Shown: one piece after another, positions 29,958 through 40,511 of the stretch | Numbering within the stretch: position 1 is the stretch's first letter | How the letters are laid out: each line of letters opens with the position of its first letter | DNA from: a virus | Taxonomy: Duplodnaviria > Caudoviricetes | Direction: 5' to 3' (one strand) | IMG/VR virus record: IMGVR_UViG_3300025128_000026 | Location: 1,215-65,214 of that record | Length of the DNA: 64,000 nucleotides | The notes under the pieces: generated by a model | The model's input: only the letters and a program-made list of their open reading frames with translations | Database searches by the model: none | Told to the model about the DNA's origin: nothing | Position numbers and translations under genes: made by a program

Positions 29958-30621
29958 TTAGAACACTATTAGGTATTGCTTGACAGTTCCAATGTATAAA
30001 CCTAAATGGCTCATATCCTATGTCAACAGAATATTGATGAGGCATGTACGATGGAAAAAACATCATTCTTCCTGGTTTTACTTGATAATTAATTTGTGAA
30101 GATGCGTATGTTATTTTAGATCTATCTTTTTCTGGTAAAAGATTCATAACATTACCAGGTCTTGGATCTTCAAATAATGGCATAGAGGTAGCCTCACTTG
30201 CTTTTAAAAAATAAAATCCAGATATGTGTCCATTCCAGTGTGTATGTAATGTATGGTGTCCTCCACCTTTCTTAGCAAATTCTTGCACCCACATTTCTGT
30301 TACAAATAAAGAATAATTTGTTAAATCAAAACCCATTTCACCTAATAAATTATATGAGGTAGCCCCTATATAATTTTGTAGATCTTTAAATTTTGGATCA
30401 CCTATTAATGTTGTTGAATGAAATACATGACCCATATCTTCTTTATTTCCAAATTTTTTATTTCTACTATCTATTGCTTTTTTTAAATTTTTCTTCGATG
30501 CTTCAATATAAGAATCTGATGCTTTATTTAATTTATTTACAAACTTAGGTTGGTCTGCCCACCATATAGGACATTTAAAATATTCCTCTAAATTTAATTT
30601 TTTTGGAAAAGTCATGCTCAT
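29947..30621 (-). CDS. 2OG-Fe(II) oxygenase (TIGR02466-like)
   Basis: HTLHTHWN, SGFYFL, FEDPR, FFPSYMPH. Confidence 0.85.
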   Translation of the reverse strand: MSMTFPKKLNLEEYFKCPIWWADQPKFVNKLNKASDSYIEASKKNLKKAIDSRNKKFGNKEDMGHVFHSTTLIGDPKFKDLQNYIGATSYNLLGEMGFDLTNYSLFVTEMWVQEFAKKGGGHHTLHTHWNGHISGFYFLKASEATSMPLFEDPRPGNVMNLLPEKDRSKITYASSQINYQVKPGRMMFFPSYMPHQYSVDIGYEPFRFIHWNCQAIPNSVLNAK

Positions 30622-31247
30622 TTATATGGCCATCCCAGATTCCAAATTACTAAACTATGCCTTGAACCTTTTTTAACAGGACATACTCTGTGCCAAACAA
30701 AACCAGGAAACACAACTAAAGATCCTTTTGGTAATATTTCTTTACACTTGTGTATATTTGATTTTTTATCTGGATCATTATTTCTAAGGTCAAATTCTAA
30801 TTCACCACCTGTATATTCTTTTGGATCTGATAATGTAACTGTTACAGATAACTTTCTAATTTTACCGTGATCTGCAGCATTAGGGTTTTCTCTTATATAT
30901 GGTTTATCCCAACTATCACAATGCCAATCATAAAATTGTCCTTTTTCATATTTTGTAAATTGACATGCCTCAGACCAACTCCATTCAAAATTCCAACCTG
31001 CATTTACATTTGCTAAATTAATATATGGCTGTATTTCTTTATAAATCCATCTGTCATCCATCCAAACAACATTAGAATCTCTTTTCTTTTTTAAGTCTTT
31101 AACTTCTGTTTGATTTAATTTTTTATCACCGTATCCTCCAGTAACTGCCATTTGATCTTGTAATGATTTTCCATATCGTACAATGTCATCACAAATACGT
31201 TCAGGTATTGCACTTTGAAAATACCAGTAATAATTTGTTAAATTCAT
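30618..31247 (-). CDS. 2OG-Fe(II) oxygenase, prolyl-4-hydroxylase/PKHD type
   Basis: YDWHCD, RKLSVT, Y.GGEL, FP..VWHRV.PV..G.RHSLV.W. Confidence 0.9.
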   Translation of the reverse strand: MNLTNYYWYFQSAIPERICDDIVRYGKSLQDQMAVTGGYGDKKLNQTEVKDLKKKRDSNVVWMDDRWIYKEIQPYINLANVNAGWNFEWSWSEACQFTKYEKGQFYDWHCDSWDKPYIRENPNAADHGKIRKLSVTVTLSDPKEYTGGELEFDLRNNDPDKKSNIHKCKEILPKGSLVVFPGFVWHRVCPVKKGSRHSLVIWNLGWPYK

Positions 31248-31286
31248 ATTCTTTCTTTTACCACCATAAAAACAATATATCTATTT

Positions 31287-33152
31287 TTATGAAACTGTCA
31301 ATGTCCCAGAAACTGTAAATGTTGCAACTTTACATCCACCTGGAGTAGTTGAAGTTTGATTAGTTCCAGGTGAAACACTAAATGTAGCGGCACTAGGGCC
31401 TCTAACTATTACTATACCAGATCCACCAGCTCCACCAGATCCTGCTACGCCTGTGTTTGGTCCACCAACTCCACCGCCACCACCGCCAGTGTTAGCTGTT
31501 CCTGATGTTGCATTAGCATCAATGGCTCCTGCACCACCTCCACCTGCTCCACCACATCCTCCAGCAGCAGCACAACTTCCTGGTGTAGTATATTTTCCAC
31601 CGCCACCGCCACCAGCATATGTTGTAGCTGATCCATTAATATCATTAGGAGCACCTGCACCTCCTGGTCCTGAAGCACTAGGAGCACCATTAACTCCAGC
31701 AGCTGTAGCTCCACCACCACCGCCACCTCTGTTATTATTTCTAGTTCCACCATTATTACCTTGAGGTGGACTTACAGGAGGGGTATTACCAGATCCCGCT
31801 GCAGGGCCTCCACCACCACCAGATCCTCCGTTTCCTCCAGCAGCAGATGCAGGAACTCCACCAGATCCTCCACCTTGACCGCCTCCTGTTGAGGTAATAG
31901 TACTAAATACTGAATTGCTTCCTTGAGCACCTTGTCTTGTTGGACTACCAGATGGCCCAGGAGTATTAGGGCCACCAGCCCCACCAGCTCCAACTGTAAT
32001 TGGAAAATCTTGTGAGCCAAAAGAACTAAAAGGTATTGCTGATCCTCTTAATGGAGATGGGCCATAACCAGAAGCTCTATAGCCTCCAGCTCCACCTCCT
32101 CCTCCTCCACCAACATCTTCTGTGCCTTTACCACCACCGCCACCACCTCCAGCAACTACTAAATAATCTATATTATAAGCAGTTAAAGGTTTAGGCCATG
32201 TTCCAGATTTTTTTGCTGCGAATTGACTTTTTAAATTCCATACACCACTTGCTTTGTTTAATTCTTTTAATATAACTATACCTGAACCTCCAGCTTTACC
32301 TGCAAAAGTTCCTGCAAAACAACTAGAAGATGTACCTGAACCACCACCTCCACCGCCAGTGTTAGCTGTACCTGCCACTCCATTTGGAGAGGAACCTCCT
32401 TCATTATCTCCTCCGTTGCCACCTTTTCCACCACCACCTGTTCCACCAGCGGCTCCAGCAACACCTGGATTATTATATCCTGCAGTTCCACCACCGCCTC
32501 CAGCGTAAACACCAGAATTAGGTGCACCTGGAAAATCAGAACTAACATCTAAACCTGCACCTCCAACACCTGGGCCTGTTGGGCCACCAGCACCACCAGC
32601 AGCAGAAGCTCCACCGCCTCCACCACCAAATTTTACTCCACCAGGAGAACCTGGCATATTACCGCCATCATTACCTTGTGGTGGATCTACAGGAGGTGTA
32701 TTACCTGATCCTTTAGTTCTTGCTGCTCCTGGACTTGCTCCAGCTCCGCCCCCTGAACCACCTGATCCAGCAGTAGAAGAGTTTGCATCACAAGCTCCAC
32801 CGCCTCCACCACCAGCAGATGAAAGAGTTGTTACTCCAGCAAAACTAGATGTTGATCCTTGTGTTCCAAGATTTGCACCTGGTACAGTTCCTCCTGCACC
32901 ACCTCCACCAATAGTTGCAGTATAAGCTGTATTTCCTAAAACTGGTACTTCTTCATTTCTTAAACCACCAGCACCACCACCGCCACCAGCTCTTGAACCA
33001 CCTCCACCACCACCAGCTACAACTAGAGATTTAATAAGTCTAGTTCCTGGTTGTGTTGTAAGACTACCTGTTGATGTTTTGACAGTTTGAGTACACTTCC
33101 CAAAAGAAGTTCTATTTACTCTACCAATAATTCCGCCATTAGTTCTAGGCAT
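31287..33152 (-). CDS. Glycine-rich tail fibre/receptor protein with two tandem Gly-rich domains
   Basis: Two VVAGGGGGG...GSGIVI domains. Confidence 0.8.
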   Translation of the reverse strand: MPRTNGGIIGRVNRTSFGKCTQTVKTSTGSLTTQPGTRLIKSLVVAGGGGGGSRAGGGGGAGGLRNEEVPVLGNTAYTATIGGGGAGGTVPGANLGTQGSTSSFAGVTTLSSAGGGGGGACDANSSTAGSGGSGGGAGASPGAARTKGSGNTPPVDPPQGNDGGNMPGSPGGVKFGGGGGGASAAGGAGGPTGPGVGGAGLDVSSDFPGAPNSGVYAGGGGGTAGYNNPGVAGAAGGTGGGGKGGNGGDNEGGSSPNGVAGTANTGGGGGGSGTSSSCFAGTFAGKAGGSGIVILKELNKASGVWNLKSQFAAKKSGTWPKPLTAYNIDYLVVAGGGGGGGKGTEDVGGGGGGGAGGYRASGYGPSPLRGSAIPFSSFGSQDFPITVGAGGAGGPNTPGPSGSPTRQGAQGSNSVFSTITSTGGGQGGGSGGVPASAAGGNGGSGGGGGPAAGSGNTPPVSPPQGNNGGTRNNNRGGGGGGATAAGVNGAPSASGPGGAGAPNDINGSATTYAGGGGGGKYTTPGSCAAAGGCGGAGGGGAGAIDANATSGTANTGGGGGGVGGPNTGVAGSGGAGGSGIVIVRGPSAATFSVSPGTNQTSTTPGGCKVATFTVSGTLTVS

Positions 33153-33164
33153 TAGTTAAGTCTC

Positions 33165-33644
33165 CTATGCGGACACCCAAGCTGTGCCGTTCCAATCGTA
33201 TACTGTTGGTGTTTCCGCAGTGTCGTTTGATTTAGTTGCTTCCCAACCTCTTGTGTTGTTAGCGTTATATTTTGTTTCGTTCCATGAAATTATGTATGTA
33301 AAACCTGATCCATCAGTTACTGATGGAGATGTTACTGGTGCTTGCCAGTCATCACTGCTATCTAAGGACCAAGATGCAAAAGGTTGTGGTATAATAAATT
33401 TATTTTTAGATGCATCATATCTATAACCAATACCTGCATATTGTTTTCTAAAATTATGATTGTAGGATGTTTGTTTCCATGTTCCACCACCAAAAAAATT
33501 TACACACCATGTTTCACCATCAACATGTTCATCAGAAGGTACGTGTGCATTGTCTACTACAACGACTCTTTTTACAATTTGATGAGTATCAGATGTAAAT
33601 CCTGTTGGGTCTGTTTTTGATTCTAGTTCTGCAAAGTGCGCCAT
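33165..33644 (-). CDS. Tail-fibre-associated protein or chaperone
   Basis: MAHFAEL...WKQTSYN..FRKQYAGIG..YD...FI.PQPF.SW. Confidence 0.7.
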   Translation of the reverse strand: MAHFAELESKTDPTGFTSDTHQIVKRVVVVDNAHVPSDEHVDGETWCVNFFGGGTWKQTSYNHNFRKQYAGIGYRYDASKNKFIIPQPFASWSLDSSDDWQAPVTSPSVTDGSGFTYIISWNETKYNANNTRGWEATKSNDTAETPTVYDWNGTAWVSA

Positions 33645-33696
33645 AATTTTCCTTCTTTTATATATTAAATTATTTAATTTAAATAGTCAATTTTTA

Positions 33697-34623
33697 TCAA
33701 AAACTCCATTCTCCACTTTTACGAAGATCATATACTTCGTTTAATGTCCAAAGTCCTGGAGCCGTAGCTGGATTAGTAACTTCAGGTTCTTTAATAATTA
33801 CTACTCCTGAACCTCCAGTTCCGCCTTGTTTATTTCCTTGTCCTGGTTTTCTTCCAGCACCACCACCTCCACCACCTCTATTAGTAGTACCATTTGATCC
33901 ATCAGCACCTTTACCACCATTTCCACCGCCACCTGCTCCACCTGAACCTGCGGGACCAACAGGGCCAAAACATCTTGCCCCACCTCCGCCGCCACCTGCG
34001 TATGAAACATCAGATCCTGAAATTGTATTTGGTACACCTGCTCCACCTGTTATTGTAGAACCAGCTGCATTAGCTCCACCTCCTCCACCTCCACGTTCAT
34101 CTGGTGTAGATGTTCCGCCTGTATTACCTTGAGGTGGACTCACAGGAGGAGTATTTCCTGCTCCACCTGGTCTGACTGGACTTGGGCCACCACCGCCACC
34201 TCCACCAGAACCACCCGCTACTCCAGTAGCGCCGCCACCGCCGCCACCACCAGCTGATGTAAGACAAAAAGCAGAAGAATTATTTCCACTAGTTCCATCT
34301 CCTGTTGTTTCTGGATTACCACAATAACCAGCTCCACCGCCACCTACTACTATTGGATAAGTTGAACATGCAGTGACTGGCACAGCGCTTCCTCTAAGTG
34401 GACTTGGTCCAAAACCTGTTGCACGATAACCACCAGCACCCCCAGCACCAGCACCATTACTATTAGCACCACCTCCACCGCCACCAGCGACAATTAAATA
34501 ATCAACATTCGCTGTTACTTGTGCAGTAAAAGTTCCTGATGAAGTAAATGTAGATACTCTTGCAGATACAGTAGATCCTTCTTGTACTGTTTGAACTGGT
34601 CCTATAATTCCGCCATTTGCCAT
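33697..34623 (-). CDS. Glycine-rich tail fibre protein, single domain (paralog of 31287-33152)
   Basis: Shared GGIIG start, GPSPLRGSA, NTPPVSPPQGN. Confidence 0.8.
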   Translation of the reverse strand: MANGGIIGPVQTVQEGSTVSARVSTFTSSGTFTAQVTANVDYLIVAGGGGGGANSNGAGAGGAGGYRATGFGPSPLRGSAVPVTACSTYPIVVGGGGAGYCGNPETTGDGTSGNNSSAFCLTSAGGGGGGGATGVAGGSGGGGGGGPSPVRPGGAGNTPPVSPPQGNTGGTSTPDERGGGGGGANAAGSTITGGAGVPNTISGSDVSYAGGGGGGARCFGPVGPAGSGGAGGGGNGGKGADGSNGTTNRGGGGGGAGRKPGQGNKQGGTGGSGVVIIKEPEVTNPATAPGLWTLNEVYDLRKSGEWSF

Positions 34624-34638
34624 AGCTTATAAAACCTC

Positions 34639-34998
34639 CTATGCGTCGTCTAATTCTTCATAAGAAACAAAATAAGTTAGATCACTATTAGCGCTTGCTG
34701 TGACTGCTAGTATATCTGTTTCATCTAAATAGATTGGGTTTTCTAAAAAACTTAATGTTGCATCTGCTGGTACAGAAATAGTATTTGCTATTTTTACATA
34801 GTTAGAACCATTGTCGACACTAACTTCAATTGTAATATCTGCTGCATTTGATCCATCAATGTTAGCAATAAGTATTGTGTTTATTTTTGCTACTTTATTA
34901 TCAGGTACATCAACAGCTGTTGCTCTTGAAGTAGTTACTGCTCCTGTAGCGTTTTTAGCATTAATTGTTGCTACGTTTACTATATTTGGTGTTGCCAT
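34639..34998 (-). CDS. Small tail structural protein
   Basis: MATPNIVNV...TISVPADATL..YLDE.D..SYEELDD. Confidence 0.7.
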   Translation of the reverse strand: MATPNIVNVATINAKNATGAVTTSRATAVDVPDNKVAKINTILIANIDGSNAADITIEVSVDNGSNYVKIANTISVPADATLSFLENPIYLDETDILAVTASANSDLTYFVSYEELDDA

Positions 34999-35010
34999 AT
35001 TATTCTCCTT

Positions 35011-37977
35011 TTATCCGAATACGATTGCCATTGCAATAGCTTTTCCTACTGATGCAGCACTAGAGTTTGCATCAATATACGTTACTAATCTTGAAGCAGC
35101 AACTTTTCTATTAGTGCCACCTGCTCCATTATCTACTATAAATAAGTCAGCATCTACAATAGCTTCTCCTATATCTGTAGCACCATCAATATCTAAACCG
35201 GCTATATCAAAACCACCTGCTGCTGTTGCAAGAGTTCCTGCAAATGTAGCATTTGCACCAGAAAAAGTTAAAGCTGTAGTTGTTCCTGATTTAATTATTA
35301 AATTTCCACTTGTATTTGTAGCACTACCAAATGTAGTACCATCATCTTTAAAAAATACATCACCACCGTCTGCATCTAAAATAATATCTCCAGCAACATC
35401 TAAAGTTAAATCACCTGAACTTAAATCTATTTCTGTGCCATCGATTGTTATGTTATCTATTGTAACGCCTGAATCTATGTCAACAGGAACAGCAAAAGAA
35501 GCTGTGTCATTACCTGCATCTATTTTAAATGCATTTGCTTGATTATTTGATTCAACTCTAAAGTCTGTATCAAAACTTCCATCATTAAATGCTACTTCTG
35601 TTGGAGTTAATTTTAAAATATCATTTCCAGATCCAGCGTGTCTAATTTGAAATCTTAATTGTGTATCTATAGAACCATCACTTACATCCAATGCTTGTGC
35701 TTCAATCTTTGCATATTCAAGTTTAGCACTTGCATCATCTTCACCCATGAAACGAATATCTCCAAGTATATCATTATCTGCTGGACTAGCAGAGTTTCTA
35801 TACAAAGAAAGTCTTGGGCCAACATTTGCGTCTGCATCTGTTGAGATAAGTTCAAGAGCAGCAGTATTATCCGATACTGTAATTGTTGCTCCTGAAGAAG
35901 ATGTAATCGCACCATCCACTTGTAATGTAGAAGCCATATCAACAGCACCATCAATATCTACTACATCTAAATTTGTTGTGCCATCAACATCAATGTCGCC
36001 TGAAATATCTAATTCTGTTGCTACAATTTTATTATTAAATGTAGCCGCACCTGCTTCACTACCATCAATAGTTAAGAATGTAGTATCAGCTCCACCATCA
36101 GTTCCTTTAAATATAATATCTGTATCACTACCTTGTGCATCAATTGTAACATCACCAGCAGATGTAGCAATAGTAACTGCTGCGTCCCCTGTTGCAATAT
36201 CATCTGCTGCTACAGAAGCACCACTTTGAAAATATGTTTTAAAAGTTTGAACAGTGGTCACTCTCATGGTTCCATTATCATTATGGATGATACCATCACC
36301 ATCAGCAATAGCAGTTGTACCTACAGTTGCACCACCATCAATTAAATTTAATTCAGCCGCTGTAGCTGTGACTGTTGTACTATCTATGGATAATGCATCT
36401 GTTTCTAATGTGCCATCAATATCTGCGTTTCCACTAATATCTAAAGAAGTTGCTGCAACTTCACCAAAAGCTACATCACCTGCGCTTCCGCTAAATACTT
36501 CAGAAGAATTAGATGCGTCTGCTATAAAAGTAAATTTACTAGCACTATCATCAAAACCAAAGAAACCAACTTTTGCTGCAGAACCATTATGATATCTAAA
36601 TTCTATACCTCTGTCTTTATTATCATCTGAACCCGGAGCAGTATCTCCACCTAATGTAAAGATAGGATCATCAATTGTAACTGTTGTACTATTAACTGTG
36701 GTTGTAGTTCCGTTAACAGTTAAGTCTCCTGTAACAGTTAAGTTATCAGCTACTGTAACTTCAGAAGTGCTATGACCTAATGTTATTGCTGTTCCTGATA
36801 TACCTGTACCTATTGACACAGATTCACTACTATTTGCAGTATCGACTATTAGATAAGCATCTGATCCTTGTTTAATTGTAAATGCAGTTGCTGAGTTATC
36901 AGAAACCGCTACGTTAATATCTGTTCCATCTGCACTAATAGAGTCAAGTGCTATGTCGCCTACGTTAGTTATTGCATTGTCGTTAAAAGATGTAGCACCT
37001 AGAGATATAGTCCCTGTTGCAGTTAAGTTACTAGAACCTATGTCTATGTTACCAAAACCACTAGAGATAGAACCACTATTTAGTGCACCTGTAGTTACTA
37101 AATTAGGCATTGCAGTGATTTCATCATCAAAGTATGCTGATAAATCTGTAACTGCAACTTGTTTCATTGTACCACCATCGTTTAGTACAACTCTATCTGC
37201 ATCTGCAACTGTAGTAGATGTAGCTGATGTATCGCCGTCTAGTATATTTAATTCTGTTGCTGTTGATGTTACGCCATCTAAAATATTTAACTCAGCAGTT
37301 GTTGATGTTACACCATCTAAAATGTTTAATTCTGCTGCAGTTGATGTAACAGCAGTGCTACCTAAAGTAAGGCCACCGTCTGGTATAACAACACTACTTC
37401 CAGATAAGGCTGTAAATGTATTTGCTGTAAATCTAAAATCATCTGCACCAGCAATTGCAATGTCTATTTGATCATCTGTGTCTGCTGTAATTGTAGTATC
37501 TTGGTCTTCATCTAATATTAATGAATCACCATTAAGATCATAACTTCCAACACCACCTGTTGCGGTATCTACAATATTTGTTCCATCAGAAAATAATAAT
37601 CTTGTTCCTTTATCAGAGGCACCAAAAGTTATACCAGTTCCTGATGCAGTTTTAAATTGAACTGTGTAAGCTCCTGAAGTTCCATTTACTACAATATAAA
37701 CTTTTTCAATTGAATCTGGAACAGTTACAATGGAGTTACCTGTAATGGTTCCCGTTAATTTTATAACTGCATGTCTTGCAACTGATGTTGATTCTGTTGT
37801 GTCACCATCTGTAATTGTTAATGCTGTTGTACCACCACTAGTTACTGCTTGTTCTACATAACCAGCAATTGCTTTTTCTACGATTTGTAAATTGGTATTA
37901 GTTTTTGTTCCCCATGTACCGGCATTTTCACCGGTTGCCATTAGTTCTATACCTAGATCTGAAAATGTTGATGCCAT
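35011..37977 (-). CDS. Long tail fibre protein
   Basis: 988 aa rich in T/D/G/S/A; N-terminal GENAGTWG; repeats; ends GKAIAMAIVFG. Confidence 0.85.
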   Translation of the reverse strand: MASTFSDLGIELMATGENAGTWGTKTNTNLQIVEKAIAGYVEQAVTSGGTTALTITDGDTTESTSVARHAVIKLTGTITGNSIVTVPDSIEKVYIVVNGTSGAYTVQFKTASGTGITFGASDKGTRLLFSDGTNIVDTATGGVGSYDLNGDSLILDEDQDTTITADTDDQIDIAIAGADDFRFTANTFTALSGSSVVIPDGGLTLGSTAVTSTAAELNILDGVTSTTAELNILDGVTSTATELNILDGDTSATSTTVADADRVVLNDGGTMKQVAVTDLSAYFDDEITAMPNLVTTGALNSGSISSGFGNIDIGSSNLTATGTISLGATSFNDNAITNVGDIALDSISADGTDINVAVSDNSATAFTIKQGSDAYLIVDTANSSESVSIGTGISGTAITLGHSTSEVTVADNLTVTGDLTVNGTTTTVNSTTVTIDDPIFTLGGDTAPGSDDNKDRGIEFRYHNGSAAKVGFFGFDDSASKFTFIADASNSSEVFSGSAGDVAFGEVAATSLDISGNADIDGTLETDALSIDSTTVTATAAELNLIDGGATVGTTAIADGDGIIHNDNGTMRVTTVQTFKTYFQSGASVAADDIATGDAAVTIATSAGDVTIDAQGSDTDIIFKGTDGGADTTFLTIDGSEAGAATFNNKIVATELDISGDIDVDGTTNLDVVDIDGAVDMASTLQVDGAITSSSGATITVSDNTAALELISTDADANVGPRLSLYRNSASPADNDILGDIRFMGEDDASAKLEYAKIEAQALDVSDGSIDTQLRFQIRHAGSGNDILKLTPTEVAFNDGSFDTDFRVESNNQANAFKIDAGNDTASFAVPVDIDSGVTIDNITIDGTEIDLSSGDLTLDVAGDIILDADGGDVFFKDDGTTFGSATNTSGNLIIKSGTTTALTFSGANATFAGTLATAAGGFDIAGLDIDGATDIGEAIVDADLFIVDNGAGGTNRKVAASRLVTYIDANSSAASVGKAIAMAIVFG
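37230..37352 (-). repeat. 39-bp coding tandem repeat (VTSTxxELNILDG x3)
   Basis: VTSTAAELNILDG-VTSTTAELNILDG-VTSTATELNILDG. Confidence 0.85.
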
Positions 37978-37987
37978 AATTTAATCC

Positions 37988-38692
37988 TTAAGGTGTTGGT
38001 GAGTTGACTGGGATTCTGACTGTTCCATCTGTGTAGTCATCTCTTCGTCTTCTACCTAGTTGTTCTCCTCCAAATCTTTCTGCCTCTTGTTTATATTTTT
38101 GTTCATAAAGTTGTAACATATCTATTGGTCCTTTTAAGAAAGCGTAAGTTTCTGCCAAGCAACAATATAGCAGACCATTTGGAAAATTCATACTAATATA
38201 ATTAGTGTCATCATTTTCTAATAATGCTGGTGCTGCATTGTAGTGTATTTTATACGCAAATGTTGCACTCGGTGTTGGTGATACAATAATAGATCCAGAG
38301 TTTGATGAGCTCTCTCCAGTTGCTCCTGTATCTAGCATTGCATAATATTTTGGTGTTCCAGTGGATGTAGTTGCTGAAATATATTCTTCTAAAAATGTTA
38401 AATCTCTTTTTTCTAAATAAGTATTAGCACCAGTATAAGTAGATCCAGTTGCAGTATAAACCTGCACTGCTCTAATAAATACAGCTCCCGCTGGCACAGT
38501 TACAGTTCCTGTTCCAGATGTAAAATTACCTGTAGCTGTTTTTCTATCAGCATCAATTGGAACATCTCTAAAAATTCTGTATTGCGCATTTAAAATAATA
38601 TTTTCTAATACACTGTCTGATAAAACTGTTGAGCTAACTTCTGTGTAGCTTCTTATTTGTGTTTTTAATCCTGATGCACTTAATCCTGCCAT
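37988..38692 (-). CDS. Tail adaptor or tubular protein
   Basis: TGTPKYYA, PTP, LLYCCLAE pattern; position. Confidence 0.7.
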   Translation of the reverse strand: MAGLSASGLKTQIRSYTEVSSTVLSDSVLENIILNAQYRIFRDVPIDADRKTATGNFTSGTGTVTVPAGAVFIRAVQVYTATGSTYTGANTYLEKRDLTFLEEYISATTSTGTPKYYAMLDTGATGESSSNSGSIIVSPTPSATFAYKIHYNAAPALLENDDTNYISMNFPNGLLYCCLAETYAFLKGPIDMLQLYEQKYKQEAERFGGEQLGRRRRDDYTDGTVRIPVNSPTP

Positions 38693-38693
38693 A

Positions 38694-39263
38694 CTACGCT
38701 GTCAATGTTGCTGGACCAGCCGAACAACTATTGCCTCCTCCTGATATACCACCACTTGTAGCAGTGTTTGTGTCTACAGTAAAGTGATAGAAATCTGTTG
38801 TATTAGTTATATTACCACTAGAATCTCGTTTGCCAACAGTGATAGAATACCCTGCAGCTTTTGCTAAATTAGCTCCTGTAATACCATCAAACCCTTTTGG
38901 ATTTTGAAAAGCATCTGGGTCAGAAGTTGTATAAATAGGACCTCTAAATCTTACAGTATCACTAGTTGATCTACCATGAGATTTTTCAAATACATTTATA
39001 ATACCAGAAGATGCTGCAATCGTTTCAAAAGGATCAGGGCCCAAGGGTCTTGCTACTTCACTTTCTTCTCTGTCAGGTCTTGCATCTCTTAAACCTTGAG
39101 AATCACCTGACCTTGAATTTAATTCTAACTGTGGATGTTTCTCTTCGTATTCTGAAATATGCACAAAATGACCATTCCATTCTTTAACCATTTCTCTATA
39201 TGGAAACTCCATTCCTGATCTGTCTGATATTGCTTTTGCGTATTTTCCTCTTGCTTGTGCCAT
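38694..39263 (-). CDS. Virion structural protein
   Basis: ISDRSGMEFPY..M..EWNG...KHPQL; structural module. Confidence 0.65.
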   Translation of the reverse strand: MAQARGKYAKAISDRSGMEFPYREMVKEWNGHFVHISEYEEKHPQLELNSRSGDSQGLRDARPDREESEVARPLGPDPFETIAASSGIINVFEKSHGRSTSDTVRFRGPIYTTSDPDAFQNPKGFDGITGANLAKAAGYSITVGKRDSSGNITNTTDFYHFTVDTNTATSGGISGGGNSCSAGPATLTA

Positions 39264-40027
39264 TATGCTCCTGGATAATAAGTTTTAGGTGTTATGATTG
39301 TACTAGAAGGAGATCCATCTTCTGCTAGTGCTCTTGCTAATTCATCTTCGTACAATAGTTTCATTTGTTGAACTAACTGTGGATTAAATTTTTGTGCTAG
39401 ATAAAAAGCTAATCCCGAAACCATACAAGGTACAAATCTAAAAGGTACATCTGTTGCATCTGTATAAGTTGAGTCTGCATCCTGTATTCTTTTTACAAAG
39501 AAGATGTGCATATCTTTTGATGCAGCTGTTGAATCTGGTGTTGGATATATAGTAACAGTTGTTTTATCTACGAATCGTTGAACAAAATATTGAGAGGGAG
39601 TTCCTTTAGATAATTTTGCAGACAAACTAGAATAAGTTGATCTATCAATTTTTGTCATCGCTGCATCTGATTGAGTAGTTTGTGTTCTGTTTTGTCTAAA
39701 CGTTGCTTCTAATACATCTGCAAGACCATATGTACTTGATCCACTTGTACCACCAACAGTTACCGAAGATGTTCCATCACCACTGGATCTATAAAAAGTA
39801 TACTCTGCTTGACCTTCAATAAGATCAATATTTGTATCTCCTACTTCCCAATAGTGTAAACCTCTATTACCCCATTCTTGAAAAAGAATATTAAGAGATC
39901 TTCTTGCTGATTTTAATTGATATCCAGAACTTACTTGTGAACCAATACGCTCGTATGCCTCTGCAATAATATCATCAACTGCAAAAGTTTTGTCAAAAGT
40001 AACTGTGCCGGAAGTTGTGTTGGCCAT
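39263..40027 (-). CDS. Head-tail adaptor (tail tubular A-like)
   Basis: ARRSLN...WGNRG, GTPSQYF, YPTPD, VPFRFVPCM..GLAFYL. Confidence 0.7.
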   Translation of the reverse strand: MANTTSGTVTFDKTFAVDDIIAEAYERIGSQVSSGYQLKSARRSLNILFQEWGNRGLHYWEVGDTNIDLIEGQAEYTFYRSSGDGTSSVTVGGTSGSSTYGLADVLEATFRQNRTQTTQSDAAMTKIDRSTYSSLSAKLSKGTPSQYFVQRFVDKTTVTIYPTPDSTAASKDMHIFFVKRIQDADSTYTDATDVPFRFVPCMVSGLAFYLAQKFNPQLVQQMKLLYEDELARALAEDGSPSSTIITPKTYYPGA

Positions 40028-40036
40028 TCGTTACTC

Positions 40037-40456
40037 CTAATAAATTTTTTGAAATTCTGCTATAACCGTATACATGTTACCAGAATCAGCTGCACCTGGT
40101 ACAACAAAGTTAACATCACTTTGATTACTATTACTAGATTTATCTGCTGGTATTCCACCAAATTCTCTAAAGTCCCAATATCCTGCGCCTGTTAATCCGA
40201 TAATAGGAATATCTCCATCTGAGTCTTCTTCATCTAGTCTTGCAAAAGAGTCTCCTCCGTCGCCACCTTGACATGAATACCAAACTCTAAGTAATGCTAA
40301 GTGAGCTACTGCAGTTCCATCTTCTCTAGCGTCTAACGCAGAGACATCTCCAAAAACTGTAGTGCTACCTGTTCCGTCTGATTCGTTTACTATTTTAATA
40401 ACTACTCTGTTATCATTTTGTTGTAGGATAGTTGGTCCTGTTACTGTGTCTGCCAT
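40037..40456 (-). CDS. Virion structural protein
   Basis: Beta-rich ORF with AAGGAGG RBS. Confidence 0.65.
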   Translation of the reverse strand: MADTVTGPTILQQNDNRVVIKIVNESDGTGSTTVFGDVSALDAREDGTAVAHLALLRVWYSCQGGDGGDSFARLDEEDSDGDIPIIGLTGAGYWDFREFGGIPADKSSNSNQSDVNFVVPGAADSGNMYTVIAEFQKIY

Positions 40457-40480
40457 GTTTCCCTCCTTAATTAAGAAACT

Positions 40481-40500
40481 GTGAGGGCCGAAGCCCTCAC
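40481..40500 (-). terminator. Rho-independent terminator-like hairpin
   Basis: GTGAGGGC-TTCG-GCCCTCAC followed by AGTTTCTT on the minus strand. Confidence 0.7.
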
Positions 40501-40511
40501 ATTAAGTATTA

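Noticed and set aside
31287-34623. Diversity-generating retroelement TR/VR pair
   Set aside because: No reverse transcriptase, and the paralog differences are not adenine-specific.
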